The notes below the pieces were generated by a model that saw nothing but the letters and a program-made list of their open reading frames with translations, did not search any database and had not been told where the DNA came from. The position numbers and the translations under genes were made by a program. Below are positions 1-7,693 of a stretch of 64,000 nt of DNA, in pieces (positions within the stretch are counted from its first letter, which is position 1; each line of letters begins with the position of its first letter). This DNA is from Rhizomicrobium sp. (GTDB taxonomy: Bacteria; Pseudomonadota; Alphaproteobacteria; Micropepsales; Micropepsaceae), in NCBI GenBank assembly GCA_035693565.1, contig DASSGF010000015.1, forward strand, positions 27,931-91,930. Reading direction: 5' to 3'.

Positions 1-229
1 GATCCAGTCGGTGGACGGCGCCGAATCGCACAGTGCCGAAGCGGTGCGCGACCGCATCCGCGAAATGATCGAGAATGAGGAACCGCGGGAGATTCTTTCC
101 GACGACCGCATTGTCTCGCTATTGACTGCGGACGGCGTGAACATTGCGCGGCGCACCGTGGCCAAGTATCGCGAAGCCCTGCGGATTCCCTCCTCGGTGG
201 AGCGCCGCCGGCTCAAGGCTCCCGGCTAG
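1..229 (+). CDS. rpoN: RNA polymerase sigma-54 factor, C-terminal fragment (5' end outside the window)
   Basis: The reading frame is open from the window edge. The C-terminus NIARRTVAKYREALRIPSSVERRR is the RpoN box. It is followed by ptsN, as in many proteobacteria. Confidence 0.85.
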   Translation, partial: IQSVDGAESHSAEAVRDRIREMIENEEPREILSDDRIVSLLTADGVNIARRTVAKYREALRIPSSVERRRLKAPG

Positions 230-354
230 TCAAGAATGGTTTTAAGGATGGTTTGGGGCATGGCCTGAACAGGCCGCTCCAGCCTTTAATCATGCTCATT
301 CGTCAAGATTGACATTGCCGGGGAGGGGGCCTATGAACCCGCCGCTTTTGGACA

Positions 355-381
355 GGCGCCCCACGGGGGCGGCCGCTTTTT
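355..381 (+). terminator. possible weak intrinsic terminator after rpoN
   Basis: Short stem CGCCCC-ACG-GGGGCG followed by GCCGCTTTTTCC. The stem is only 6 bp. Confidence 0.3.
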
Positions 382-406
382 CCGCGACACGTCACCGGGA
401 CACTGA

Positions 407-877
407 ATGAACATCGCCGATCTGCTTGCGCCCGACGCCGTTCTCCCAGGCGTCAAGGCTCAATCCAAAAAGCAACTGCTGCAGGAGCTTGCCGCCCGCG
501 CGCATGGTTTGACGCGCCTTTCCGAACGGCGGATTTTCGAGACCCTGGTGGAGCGTGAAAGGCTGGGCACCACCGGCGTCGGCGCCGGCATCGCCATTCC
601 GCACGGCCGGATGACGGAGGCCAAGACCATCACCGGCATCTTCGTACGGCTGGAAAACAGCATCGACTATGAAGCGGTGGACAGCCAGCCGGTGGATCTG
701 GTGTTCATGCTGCTGGCGCCGGAAAATGCCGGTGCCGATCATTTGAAGGCCTTGGCGCGGGTGTCGCGGCTGTTGCGTGACAAGACCATTTGCGAAAAGC
801 TGCGCGCCGCCAAATCGCCGGAAGCGCTTTATGCGATTCTGACCGGTGACAAGAACGGCGCCGCGACGGCAGCCTGA
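407..877 (+). CDS. ptsN: PTS EIIA(Ntr) nitrogen regulatory protein
   Basis: 156 aa with the EIIA-type-2 phospho-His region GVGAGIAIPHGR. It lies immediately downstream of rpoN. Confidence 0.9.
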   Translation: MNIADLLAPDAVLPGVKAQSKKQLLQELAARAHGLTRLSERRIFETLVERERLGTTGVGAGIAIPHGRMTEAKTITGIFVRLENSIDYEAVDSQPVDLVFMLLAPENAGADHLKALARVSRLLRDKTICEKLRAAKSPEALYAILTGDKNGAATAA

Positions 878-881
878 GCGT

Positions 882-1559
882 TTATTTAACTAGCGTCACC
901 TTCTTCACCACAATCGGCGTAATCGGCGCTTGTCCGGGCATGGGACCATTGTCGCCGGTCGGCGTCTGGCCGATCGCATCCACCACATCCATGCCGGAAA
1001 CCACCTGGCCGAACACGGCATAGCCGGAGGCGTTGCCGGGATCGTCGGCGGCGTGATTCAACGGCATATTGTCGGCCAGGTTGATGAAGAATTCCGCCGT
1101 GGCGCTGTCGGGCGCCTCGGCGCGGGCCATGGCCACGGTGCCGCGCAAATTCAGCAATCCGTTATTGGCCTCCAGCGGCACGCCGCCCGGATGAATGCCG
1201 CGCGGCTTTCCATTGGCGTCGAAGCTGCCCATCTGGATCACGAAGCCATGCGCCACCCGGTAGAAAGCGGTATTGTCGTAATGCTTCTCCTTCACATAGC
1301 GCAGGATATTGGCCACGCTCTTGGGCGCGCGCACCTGATCCAGCTGCAAGGTGATGTCGCCCATGGAGGTGGAGAGCAGGAGCTTTGGGCCCGTCATGGG
1401 CGGATTGACCGGCGCCGGTGTCACGGCTTGCGGCTCCGGTTGTGGCGCCGGCGCGGCATTGGTGTCCGCGGGCGGCGCGGGCTGGGCATCCGGCGCTTGG
1501 GCAAAAGCCGGGACGGCGAACAGGGAGATCAGAGCAAGGGCGAGGGATAGTTTGCGCAT
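882..1559 (-). CDS. exported peptidyl-prolyl cis-trans isomerase (cyclophilin type)
   Basis: Signal peptide MRKLSLALALISLFAVPAFA, a Pro/Ala-rich linker, and cyclophilin core blocks (FYRVAHGFVIQMG, GTVAMAR, EFFINL). Confidence 0.9.
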   Translation of the reverse strand: MRKLSLALALISLFAVPAFAQAPDAQPAPPADTNAAPAPQPEPQAVTPAPVNPPMTGPKLLLSTSMGDITLQLDQVRAPKSVANILRYVKEKHYDNTAFYRVAHGFVIQMGSFDANGKPRGIHPGGVPLEANNGLLNLRGTVAMARAEAPDSATAEFFINLADNMPLNHAADDPGNASGYAVFGQVVSGMDVVDAIGQTPTGDNGPMPGQAPITPIVVKKVTLVK

Positions 1560-1587
1560 GCGGCCACCTTAACCGGAAATTTGTGAC

Positions 1588-1621
1588 AACAAAAAGCCGC
1601 AAGGCGCGAACCTTGCGGCTT
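1588..1621 (-). terminator. intrinsic terminator of the hsp20-DUF1150 operon
   Basis: The minus strand reads AAGCCGCAAGG-TTCGCG-CCTTGCGGCTT followed by TTTGTTGT. It sits 38 nt after the DUF1150 stop. Confidence 0.7.
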
Positions 1622-1658
1622 CCTGTCGGAATTCAACCGGCGTCAGTGCAGGCTGACC

Positions 1659-1913
1659 TCAATGAAGACTGACAGGGGTCAGCTCGTTCTGCACCGCCGC
1701 GCCATAGGCGCTGGCATAGCCATCGGTAAAGCCCAGCACGCTGCCATCCTCGGCATGCAGGACATAGAGCTTCATGCCATCGGGCAGATCGATATTGGCC
1801 GGAATAAGGCCGAGGCGGTGGGCTTCGTCGCTTCCGGTCGGCTTGATGTAGGTGAGGCGGCCGGGAATGATCCGCGCATCCTCGATCTCATCGCTGTCAA
1901 ATCTGTCCGTCAT
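1659..1913 (-). CDS. DUF1150-family small protein
   Basis: 84 aa. Its ATG overlaps the hsp20 stop (ATGA). The size, sequence style and position downstream of hsp20 match the alphaproteobacterial DUF1150 family as I recall it. Confidence 0.75.
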   Translation of the reverse strand: MTDRFDSDEIEDARIIPGRLTYIKPTGSDEAHRLGLIPANIDLPDGMKLYVLHAEDGSVLGFTDGYASAYGAAVQNELTPVSLH

Positions 1914-2347
1914 GATAGGCCTCCAGTCTTGATTTCTACCACCCGCACGCTGGGCTGGACCGGCCGGCGGGCCAAATCGATCTTGAGCAATCCGTTTTCC
2001 AACGCGGCAGCGGTGACTTCGATGCCGTCGGCCAGGACAAAGCTGCGCAAAAATTGTCTCGCCGCGATGCCCCGGTGAAGGAACGTTTTGCCATTTGCTT
2101 CCGCTTGGCGCCCGCGGACCACGAGTTGGCGGTCCTCTTCGGTGACGCTGAGCTCGTCTTTTCCGAAGCCCGCGACCGCAAGCGTGATGCGGATGCCATT
2201 ATGCTCCTCGCCCGCGTCGGCGGGCAATTCCTCGATATTGTAGGGCGGATAGGAATCGCCGCTTGCGCGCGCGGTGCGCTCCAGCAGCCTTTCCAGATGC
2301 TCAAAGCCCAACAGATAAGGGCTCCCAAAAGTCGTATGCCTGTTCAT
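1910..2347 (-). CDS. Hsp20/alpha-crystallin family small heat-shock protein
   Basis: 145 aa with an alpha-crystallin domain (PPYNIEEL, ITLAVAGF, LVVRGR, FLHRGIAARQF, LENGLLKIDL). Confidence 0.9.
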   Translation of the reverse strand: MNRHTTFGSPYLLGFEHLERLLERTARASGDSYPPYNIEELPADAGEEHNGIRITLAVAGFGKDELSVTEEDRQLVVRGRQAEANGKTFLHRGIAARQFLRSFVLADGIEVTAAALENGLLKIDLARRPVQPSVRVVEIKTGGLS

Positions 2348-2404
2348 TCCAGCCCTCCTTTGAGCGGCTGTCCGGCTCCCCTCCAGGGCGGCCGGTTAGA
2401 ATAG

Positions 2405-2432
2405 AAATAGGATGCAGAAACCGGCGTTCAAG
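2405..2432 (-). promoter_or_regulatory. candidate RpoH (sigma-32)-type promoter of hsp20
   Basis: The minus strand reads CTTGAA-N15-CCTATTT, about 55 nt upstream of the hsp20 ATG. It resembles the heat-shock consensus CTTGAA-N13-17-CCCCATNT. Confidence 0.45.
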
Positions 2433-2512
2433 GTGTAAAAACATAGATGTACAACTACAGATTGTTCTCGTTCCCGGTTGAACCTGGCCGGCCGGGACGG
2501 CACTAATCCTCC

Positions 2513-4201
2513 ATGCTGGTCATCCTGGACGACGGCCCCCGCCGGGTCTTTTCCGCGCCCCTGGCGGCCATCAGGGCCGATACCGAGGACGAGCTGCCAG
2601 CCGCCCTGGAAGCCGTGGAAAAGGCCCTGGCCCGGGGGCACCATGTGGCCGGCTGGCTGGGCTATGAACTGGGCTATGCCCTGGAACCGCGGCTGGCCCA
2701 GCGCGCCCGCCCCGGGCCCCTGCTGCGACTGGGCGTCTTTGGTTCCCCAGGTGCCGAAGCCCCGCCGGTGACAGGCCGGGCCTATGCCGGGCCGCTCAAG
2801 CCCGAATGGGACGAGGCGCGCTATGCCGCCCGCTTCGCACGGGTGAAGGATTACATCGCCGCCGGCGACATCTATCAGGCCAATCTCAGCTTGCGGGCGC
2901 GCTTCGCCTTCGCGGGCGAACCGCGTGCGCTCTACGAGCAACTGCGCGCCCAAAGCGGCGCCCTGCATTGCGCCTATGTCGACATATTTTCTGAAGAGGG
3001 GGGGTGGCAGATCCTCAGTCTGTCGCCGGAATTGTTTTTCGATCTTGGCGCCGGTGGCCGGATCACCGTGCGCCCGATGAAGGGCACGCGGGCGCGAAAC
3101 GGAGACGATGACGGCGAACGCGCCGCGCTGGCCGCTTCGCCCAAGGACCGCGCCGAAAATCTGATGATCGTGGATCTGATCCGCAATGATCTCAGCCGTA
3201 TCGCCGAACCCGGCAGTGTGGACGTCAACGATCTGTTCGAGGTCGAGACTTATCCCACGCTTCACACCATGGTCTCCACTGTCACCGCCAACAAGCGCAA
3301 GGATGTTGGCATCGCCGATATTTTGCGGGCACTGTTTCCCTGCGGCTCGGTAACCGGTGCGCCCAAGATCCGCGCCATGGAGATATTGCAGGAATTGGAA
3401 TCCAGTCCGCGCGGGGCCTATTGCGGCGCCGTCGGCCATTTCGCGCCAGATGGCTCGGCGCGTTTTAATGTCGCGATCCGCACGATGACGGTGTGGGGCG
3501 ATGAGGGCGAGTTGGGGATCGGCGGCGGCGTGGTGCAGGATTCCCGCAGCGAAAGCGAATATGCCGAATGCCTTTTGAAGGCGCGGTTCTTCGAGGCGGG
3601 GCGCAAGCAGCTGGAGCTGATCGAAACGCTGCGGCATGAAAACGGCTTTGCGCGGCTTGAGGCGCACTTGGCGCGCATGCAAGCGTCGGCCCGGGTCTTT
3701 GGCCTGGCGTTCGACCGCGATGCCGCAACCGGTGCCCTGGAAAAAGCGGCGGCGGGAAGGCGAGGCGCTTTACGGATGCGGCTTACCCTGAATGAAGAAG
3801 GCACACACGCCGCTAGCGCGCACGATCTGCCATTCAATCCGCCGCATTGGACTTATGTAATTTCGCCGGAGCGCACCGGCAGCCGCGACCTGTTCTTGCG
3901 CCATAAGACCAACTGGCGTGAGCTCTATGAAAGCGAGTCGAAACGGCTGGGCGCGGATGAAGTGATTTTCCTCAACGAAAGGGGCGAAATCACCGAGGGC
4001 GCGCGCAGCAATATCTTCGTCAAGCGCGGTGGGACGCTGCTGACGCCGCCGCTGGAAGCTGGTCTGTTGCCCGGCATATTGCGGGCCGAACTTTTGGAAC
4101 AGGGAAGGACAAAAGAGGTCCGGCTGACGCCGGACGATCTCAAGGGCGAAGTCTATTTCGGCAATGCGCTGCGCGGCCTTATCCCAGCCAAGCCGCTCTA
4201 A
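2513..4201 (+). CDS. pabB: aminodeoxychorismate synthase component I fused to a class-IV aminotransferase (ADC lyase-like) domain
   Basis: 562 aa. The N-terminal roughly 370 aa form a chorismate-binding domain (PMKGT, AENLMIVDLIRND, GAPK, GAYCGAVG, GGGVV.DS). The C-terminal roughly 190 aa form a class-IV aminotransferase fold (GADEVIFLNERGEITEGARSNIF, LLPGILR). Confidence 0.85.
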   Translation: MLVILDDGPRRVFSAPLAAIRADTEDELPAALEAVEKALARGHHVAGWLGYELGYALEPRLAQRARPGPLLRLGVFGSPGAEAPPVTGRAYAGPLKPEWDEARYAARFARVKDYIAAGDIYQANLSLRARFAFAGEPRALYEQLRAQSGALHCAYVDIFSEEGGWQILSLSPELFFDLGAGGRITVRPMKGTRARNGDDDGERAALAASPKDRAENLMIVDLIRNDLSRIAEPGSVDVNDLFEVETYPTLHTMVSTVTANKRKDVGIADILRALFPCGSVTGAPKIRAMEILQELESSPRGAYCGAVGHFAPDGSARFNVAIRTMTVWGDEGELGIGGGVVQDSRSESEYAECLLKARFFEAGRKQLELIETLRHENGFARLEAHLARMQASARVFGLAFDRDAATGALEKAAAGRRGALRMRLTLNEEGTHAASAHDLPFNPPHWTYVISPERTGSRDLFLRHKTNWRELYESESKRLGADEVIFLNERGEITEGARSNIFVKRGGTLLTPPLEAGLLPGILRAELLEQGRTKEVRLTPDDLKGEVYFGNALRGLIPAKPL

Positions 4202-4542
4202 ACTTTGGCCGCCAGCGCCGACAGAAGCGCCACGGTTTGGGGCAGCACCCAGCCATCCACTTCCAGGGTGCGGCCGGCGGCGAGATCGGCGGCGGCCACC
4301 GCGGTCAGTTCCTTGCCGTTCAGTGTGCCGCGCAAGGCGGCCGCCCGGGCCGGCAGGTCGAAAGCGCCTTGGACATGGGCGCCCAGTCTTGCCGCCTGTT
4401 GGCGATCCGTCAGCCGCGCCAGGAGATCGTCATAGGGCGTGGGCGCGTAGTGCTTCACGAACAGATCGCTGAACCGGTAAAGCCCCGCCGCCATGGCGGC
4501 ACCCGCCGCCGTGACCGCAGCGATGAATGCGCGCCGCTTCAT
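4198..4542 (-). CDS. small Tat-signal protein, putative small subunit of the adjacent GMC oxidoreductase
   Basis: An internal ATG at 4542 gives MKRRAFIAAVTAAGAAMAAG, a twin-arginine leader. The ATG overlaps the GMC stop (ATGA). The longer 188-aa ORF in the track would overlap the GMC gene. Confidence 0.6.
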   Translation of the reverse strand: MKRRAFIAAVTAAGAAMAAGLYRFSDLFVKHYAPTPYDDLLARLTDRQQAARLGAHVQGAFDLPARAAALRGTLNGKELTAVAAADLAAGRTLEVDGWVLPQTVALLSALAAKV

Positions 4543-6035
4543 GCCATCACCTTTTTCAGATGATCGCCCAGCCGCAAGGTGAGGGCGAGCAGGTTGAGGG
4601 TGGGATTGGAGGAGCCGTAGGTGGGAAAGACCGAACTGCCCGCCACATATAGATTTCCCACGCCATGCACCTGGCTGTCGGCATCGACCACGCCCTTGCG
4701 CGGATCCTCGCTCATCCGGGTGGTGCCCAGATGATGGTTGCCCCAGTCCATCGCCTTCAACCATTGCTCGCGATGGCTGTAATTGATCCGCAGCATGCCC
4801 GTCCGCGCCGCCAGAAGCTGCCGGCCCAACTCCTCCAGCGTGCGGCGGTAAAGCGCGAAATCCTCGTCCGCAATGCGCATATCCAGCTTGAGCCGCGCCA
4901 TGCCCAGCGCGTCCTTTTCGCCGGTCAGCGTCAGCTGGCGGTCAGGATCCGGCGTCAGCTCCATGCCGCAGCCCAGCGAATAGGCGGACGCCTTGGAGGC
5001 ATCGAGCCCCAGGGCCAGCGCGGTGGTGGTCACCGCCGCCTTGCCGGTTTCGTCCAGCTCCACCGGATTTTCCACTGTGGTCAGCGAGCCCACCACATTC
5101 CTGGCGCGGCAGAAACCGGCAGTGGGCGAGATCACCGCCCGCAGGATGGCGCCGTTGTCCAGCGTGACGGTGCTGCCATAGCAGGCGGCCAGCGGGCCGG
5201 CGAAGACAACCAGGGTGGCGACATCGCGCGGGATCGGATGATCGGCGAAATAGCGGCCCACCAGGTCGTTCTGGTTGCCCACTCCGGCGGACATCACATC
5301 GCTGGAGGCCAGCATCAGCCGCGCTGTCTCCATGGCGCCTGCCGCCAGCACGGTGACGCGCGGTTTCACCGTGAAATGGCGTCCGCTCAAGGTGGCAACA
5401 TCCAGACGATCGACGCTGCGCCCATTGGCGGCAAGCCGGATGCCGGTGACATTGGCGTGGATATAGGGCGTGATGGACTTCGCGGCCTTGAGTTCGTCGC
5501 CATAGCGATGACCGAAATAGGTGGGCAGCACGCTGTCGCGTGTCTTGGAGAACTGAAACCAGCTGGTGTAGAGCCCGCCTTTGCCCAACTCCAGCATCGG
5601 CGTCTTCACCGCGCCTGCGCCCTTGTCATAGATCCAGGGGCCCGCTTCGCACAGCGCCTGGGCGCGCTGGAAATAGGGTTCGATGGCGGCGCGGGCAAAC
5701 GGCCAGCCCGAGCCGGGCACCCAGCCGCGCGCCTCGAAATCGATTTCGTCCAGCGGCCGGCAATAGCCGCCCCAATGATTGGTGCTGCCGCCCAGAAAAC
5801 GCAGGCGCCCGGCATCCAGCGCGGTGTAGCGCACGCCGGTCTCAGCCCCCGCATACATTTTCTGGATGTTGGGATCGAAGCTGGTGCCGCCCGATTCCAG
5901 CAGAGCGATGGAAAGCTTGCTGTCCTTGAGCGCCAGCGCCAACGCGATGCCGGCGGGGCCGCCGCCCACAATGGCCAGGTCCGGCGTCAGAACCGTGCCA
6001 TTGGCAATCGCGCGGGCGTCAATCAAGGCAGTCAA
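4539..6035 (-). CDS. GMC-family FAD-dependent oxidoreductase
   Basis: 498 aa. N-terminal FAD Rossmann motif LAIVGGGPAGIALAL and a C-terminal GMC block (HHLGTTRM, VHGVGNLYVAGSSVFPT). Confidence 0.9.
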   Translation of the reverse strand: MTALIDARAIANGTVLTPDLAIVGGGPAGIALALALKDSKLSIALLESGGTSFDPNIQKMYAGAETGVRYTALDAGRLRFLGGSTNHWGGYCRPLDEIDFEARGWVPGSGWPFARAAIEPYFQRAQALCEAGPWIYDKGAGAVKTPMLELGKGGLYTSWFQFSKTRDSVLPTYFGHRYGDELKAAKSITPYIHANVTGIRLAANGRSVDRLDVATLSGRHFTVKPRVTVLAAGAMETARLMLASSDVMSAGVGNQNDLVGRYFADHPIPRDVATLVVFAGPLAACYGSTVTLDNGAILRAVISPTAGFCRARNVVGSLTTVENPVELDETGKAAVTTTALALGLDASKASAYSLGCGMELTPDPDRQLTLTGEKDALGMARLKLDMRIADEDFALYRRTLEELGRQLLAARTGMLRINYSHREQWLKAMDWGNHHLGTTRMSEDPRKGVVDADSQVHGVGNLYVAGSSVFPTYGSSNPTLNLLALTLRLGDHLKKVMA

Positions 6036-6109
6036 AAGGGGCTTGTCCGGGGAAGCGGGTGAAATCTACAGCGCCGTCTAGAAAACTGTCTTGTCCTAAT
6101 TGTGTCGGA

Positions 6110-6814
6110 TCAGACGTCGTCCATATGGCCAATGTTGAAGCCCCCATCCACGGCGATAGCCTGGCCGGTGATCCAAGAGGCCTGATCCGAGATCAGGAAC
6201 AGCGCCATATGGGCGATGTCCTCCGGTTCCCCCAGCCGGCCCAGGGGGTGCAGGGCCGTCAGCCGGGCGCGGCGTTCCGGCGGCAGAGTGGAGAGCAGCG
6301 GTGTGTCGACAAAACCGGGGCACAGGCAATTCACCCGCACTTTGTCGGCGGCATAATCCAGCGCCATGTTGCGGGTCAGGGACAGGATGGCGCCCTTGCT
6401 GGCGCTGTAGGCGGCGCGATTCTTCAAGCCTGTGGTGGCCACCCCCGAGGACAGATGCAGGATCGCCCCGCCATAGGCGCGCAAGTGGGGCAGGGCATGT
6501 TTGGACACCAGGAAGGCGCCGCGCACATTCACGTCCATCACCGCGTCAAAATCCGCCATCTCGGTCTCATCGACCTTGGCGCGCCGGGCGATGCCGGCAC
6601 TGTTGACCACCGCATTCAGGCGCGGCAATCCCGACAGCGCGCGCTTGACCTGGTCTTCGTCGGCGATGTCACAGATGCGGCTGTTCTCGAAAGGAGAGGC
6701 GAGGCGGTCGATCGCGGTGATGGCGGCGCCTTCGGCCTCAGCCGCGCGCGCGATGGCCAGCCCCAGCCCGGAGGCCGCCCCTGTCACCACCACATGTTTG
6801 CCGGAAAAACGCAT
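6110..6814 (-). CDS. SDR-family (short-chain dehydrogenase/reductase) oxidoreductase
   Basis: 234 aa with TGAASGLG cofactor motif, NSAG, and YSASKGA catalytic motif. Confidence 0.9.
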   Translation of the reverse strand: MRFSGKHVVVTGAASGLGLAIARAAEAEGAAITAIDRLASPFENSRICDIADEDQVKRALSGLPRLNAVVNSAGIARRAKVDETEMADFDAVMDVNVRGAFLVSKHALPHLRAYGGAILHLSSGVATTGLKNRAAYSASKGAILSLTRNMALDYAADKVRVNCLCPGFVDTPLLSTLPPERRARLTALHPLGRLGEPEDIAHMALFLISDQASWITGQAIAVDGGFNIGHMDDV

Positions 6815-6838
6815 GCCCCGTCTTTAGACGGGGCATGC
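6804..6838 (-). promoter_or_regulatory. terminator-like hairpin enclosing the SDR start codon
   Basis: The minus-strand RNA reads GCAUGCCCCGUC-UAAA-GACGGGGCAUGC-GUUUUUCC. This is a perfect 12-bp stem. The AUG in the 3' arm is the SDR start codon, and the U-run forms codons 2-3. Confidence 0.5.
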
Positions 6839-7111
6839 TGATTATTCAACGAAGCCGTCAGCGCTGTCCGCCAGAGGCTGAGATACGCTCCCCGCCTGCA
6901 AGGCAGAACCGGAGGAGGATTCGTCAGATGCCGGAAATTTGGTGATCTCAGCATTGTTGACCGGCACATCCAGCCTGCCGAAAGCCTTGCTGGTTTCCGC
7001 GAATCGTTTTCGTGCCTAGCCTTGATGTCCGCCTTTTCGCGCCATGCTTGTCGCCGGGCGCCGTTCGCCGCCACCGCGGCGCGCGACAGCGCCGTGAGTT
7101 GTGCGAGCCGG

Positions 7112-7155
7112 GACAGAATTGGGCTCCGGCTGTCTCAATTCTGTCAAATTGACAG
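7112..7155. promoter_or_regulatory. nested palindromes (operator-like) upstream of the 7175 gene
   Basis: GACAGAATTG (7112-7121) and CAATTCTGTC (7136-7145) form a perfect 10-bp inverted repeat. This overlaps the palindrome CTGTCAA-A-TTGACAG at 7141-7155. Confidence 0.35.
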
Positions 7156-7174
7156 GCGAAATAAGAGCTTAGGG

Positions 7175-7483
7175 ATGAAGATGCGCGGGTTCCGGAATTT
7201 CACAATGGCGGCGTCACTGTTTGTGGTCGCTCCTGTGGCCTATGGCGCGGACGGCGCTGGCCAGGCCCCAGCCCAGAACACGCATCAGAACGGCCGTCAG
7301 AACGGTCCTCTGAAGCCTGGGGGGTCGGCGGGGGTGCGCACCGCCCAGTTGCCGCGTACCGGCCTCGCTTTGGTGGGAGCCAGCGCGATCATTGCGGTTG
7401 TGGCGGTGGTGGCCAGCTCGGGTGGCGGCGGCAATAGCGGCCAGGCCAATACCCAAATCGCGCCCACCACCACGGCGCCCTGA
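7175..7483 (+). CDS. hypothetical small exported protein
   Basis: An internal ATG at 7175 gives the signal-like N-terminus MKMRGFRNFTMAASLFVVAPVAYGA. There is a C-terminal hydrophobic segment preceded by LPRTG. I recognise no family. Confidence 0.45.
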   Translation: MKMRGFRNFTMAASLFVVAPVAYGADGAGQAPAQNTHQNGRQNGPLKPGGSAGVRTAQLPRTGLALVGASAIIAVVAVVASSGGGGNSGQANTQIAPTTTAP

Positions 7484-7494
7484 CAGCGCTTTAG

Positions 7495-7517
7495 ATCTTG
7501 GCGCGTTGCGCCAAGAT
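7495..7517 (+). terminator. hairpin after the 7175..7483 gene (no U-tract)
   Basis: ATCTTGGCGC-GTT-GCGCCAAGAT, a perfect 10-bp stem starting 12 nt after the stop codon. Confidence 0.3.
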
Positions 7518-7693
7518 AGGCATCCGGCACCGCGCGGTTCAGGCTCATTTTCATGAACTTGCCTTGGCGATGCGCTCGAGCTGCCGCGGAGTGAGAGGAC
7601 CAGATTTGGCCATGGGGTGGGAAAATGGCCTTGTATGGGTTGGGATTCAGGGCAGTGGCGGCCGTAGGGCTTGTTGGCTATTTTGCGGGCGCC

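Noticed and set aside
230-406. Missing hpf (ribosome hibernation factor) gene between rpoN and ptsN
   Set aside because: Many proteobacteria have rpoN-hpf-ptsN. Here only 177 nt without an ORF separate the two genes. I see no recognisable hpf remnant and cannot tell from one window whether hpf is elsewhere, so this is not reported as a finding.
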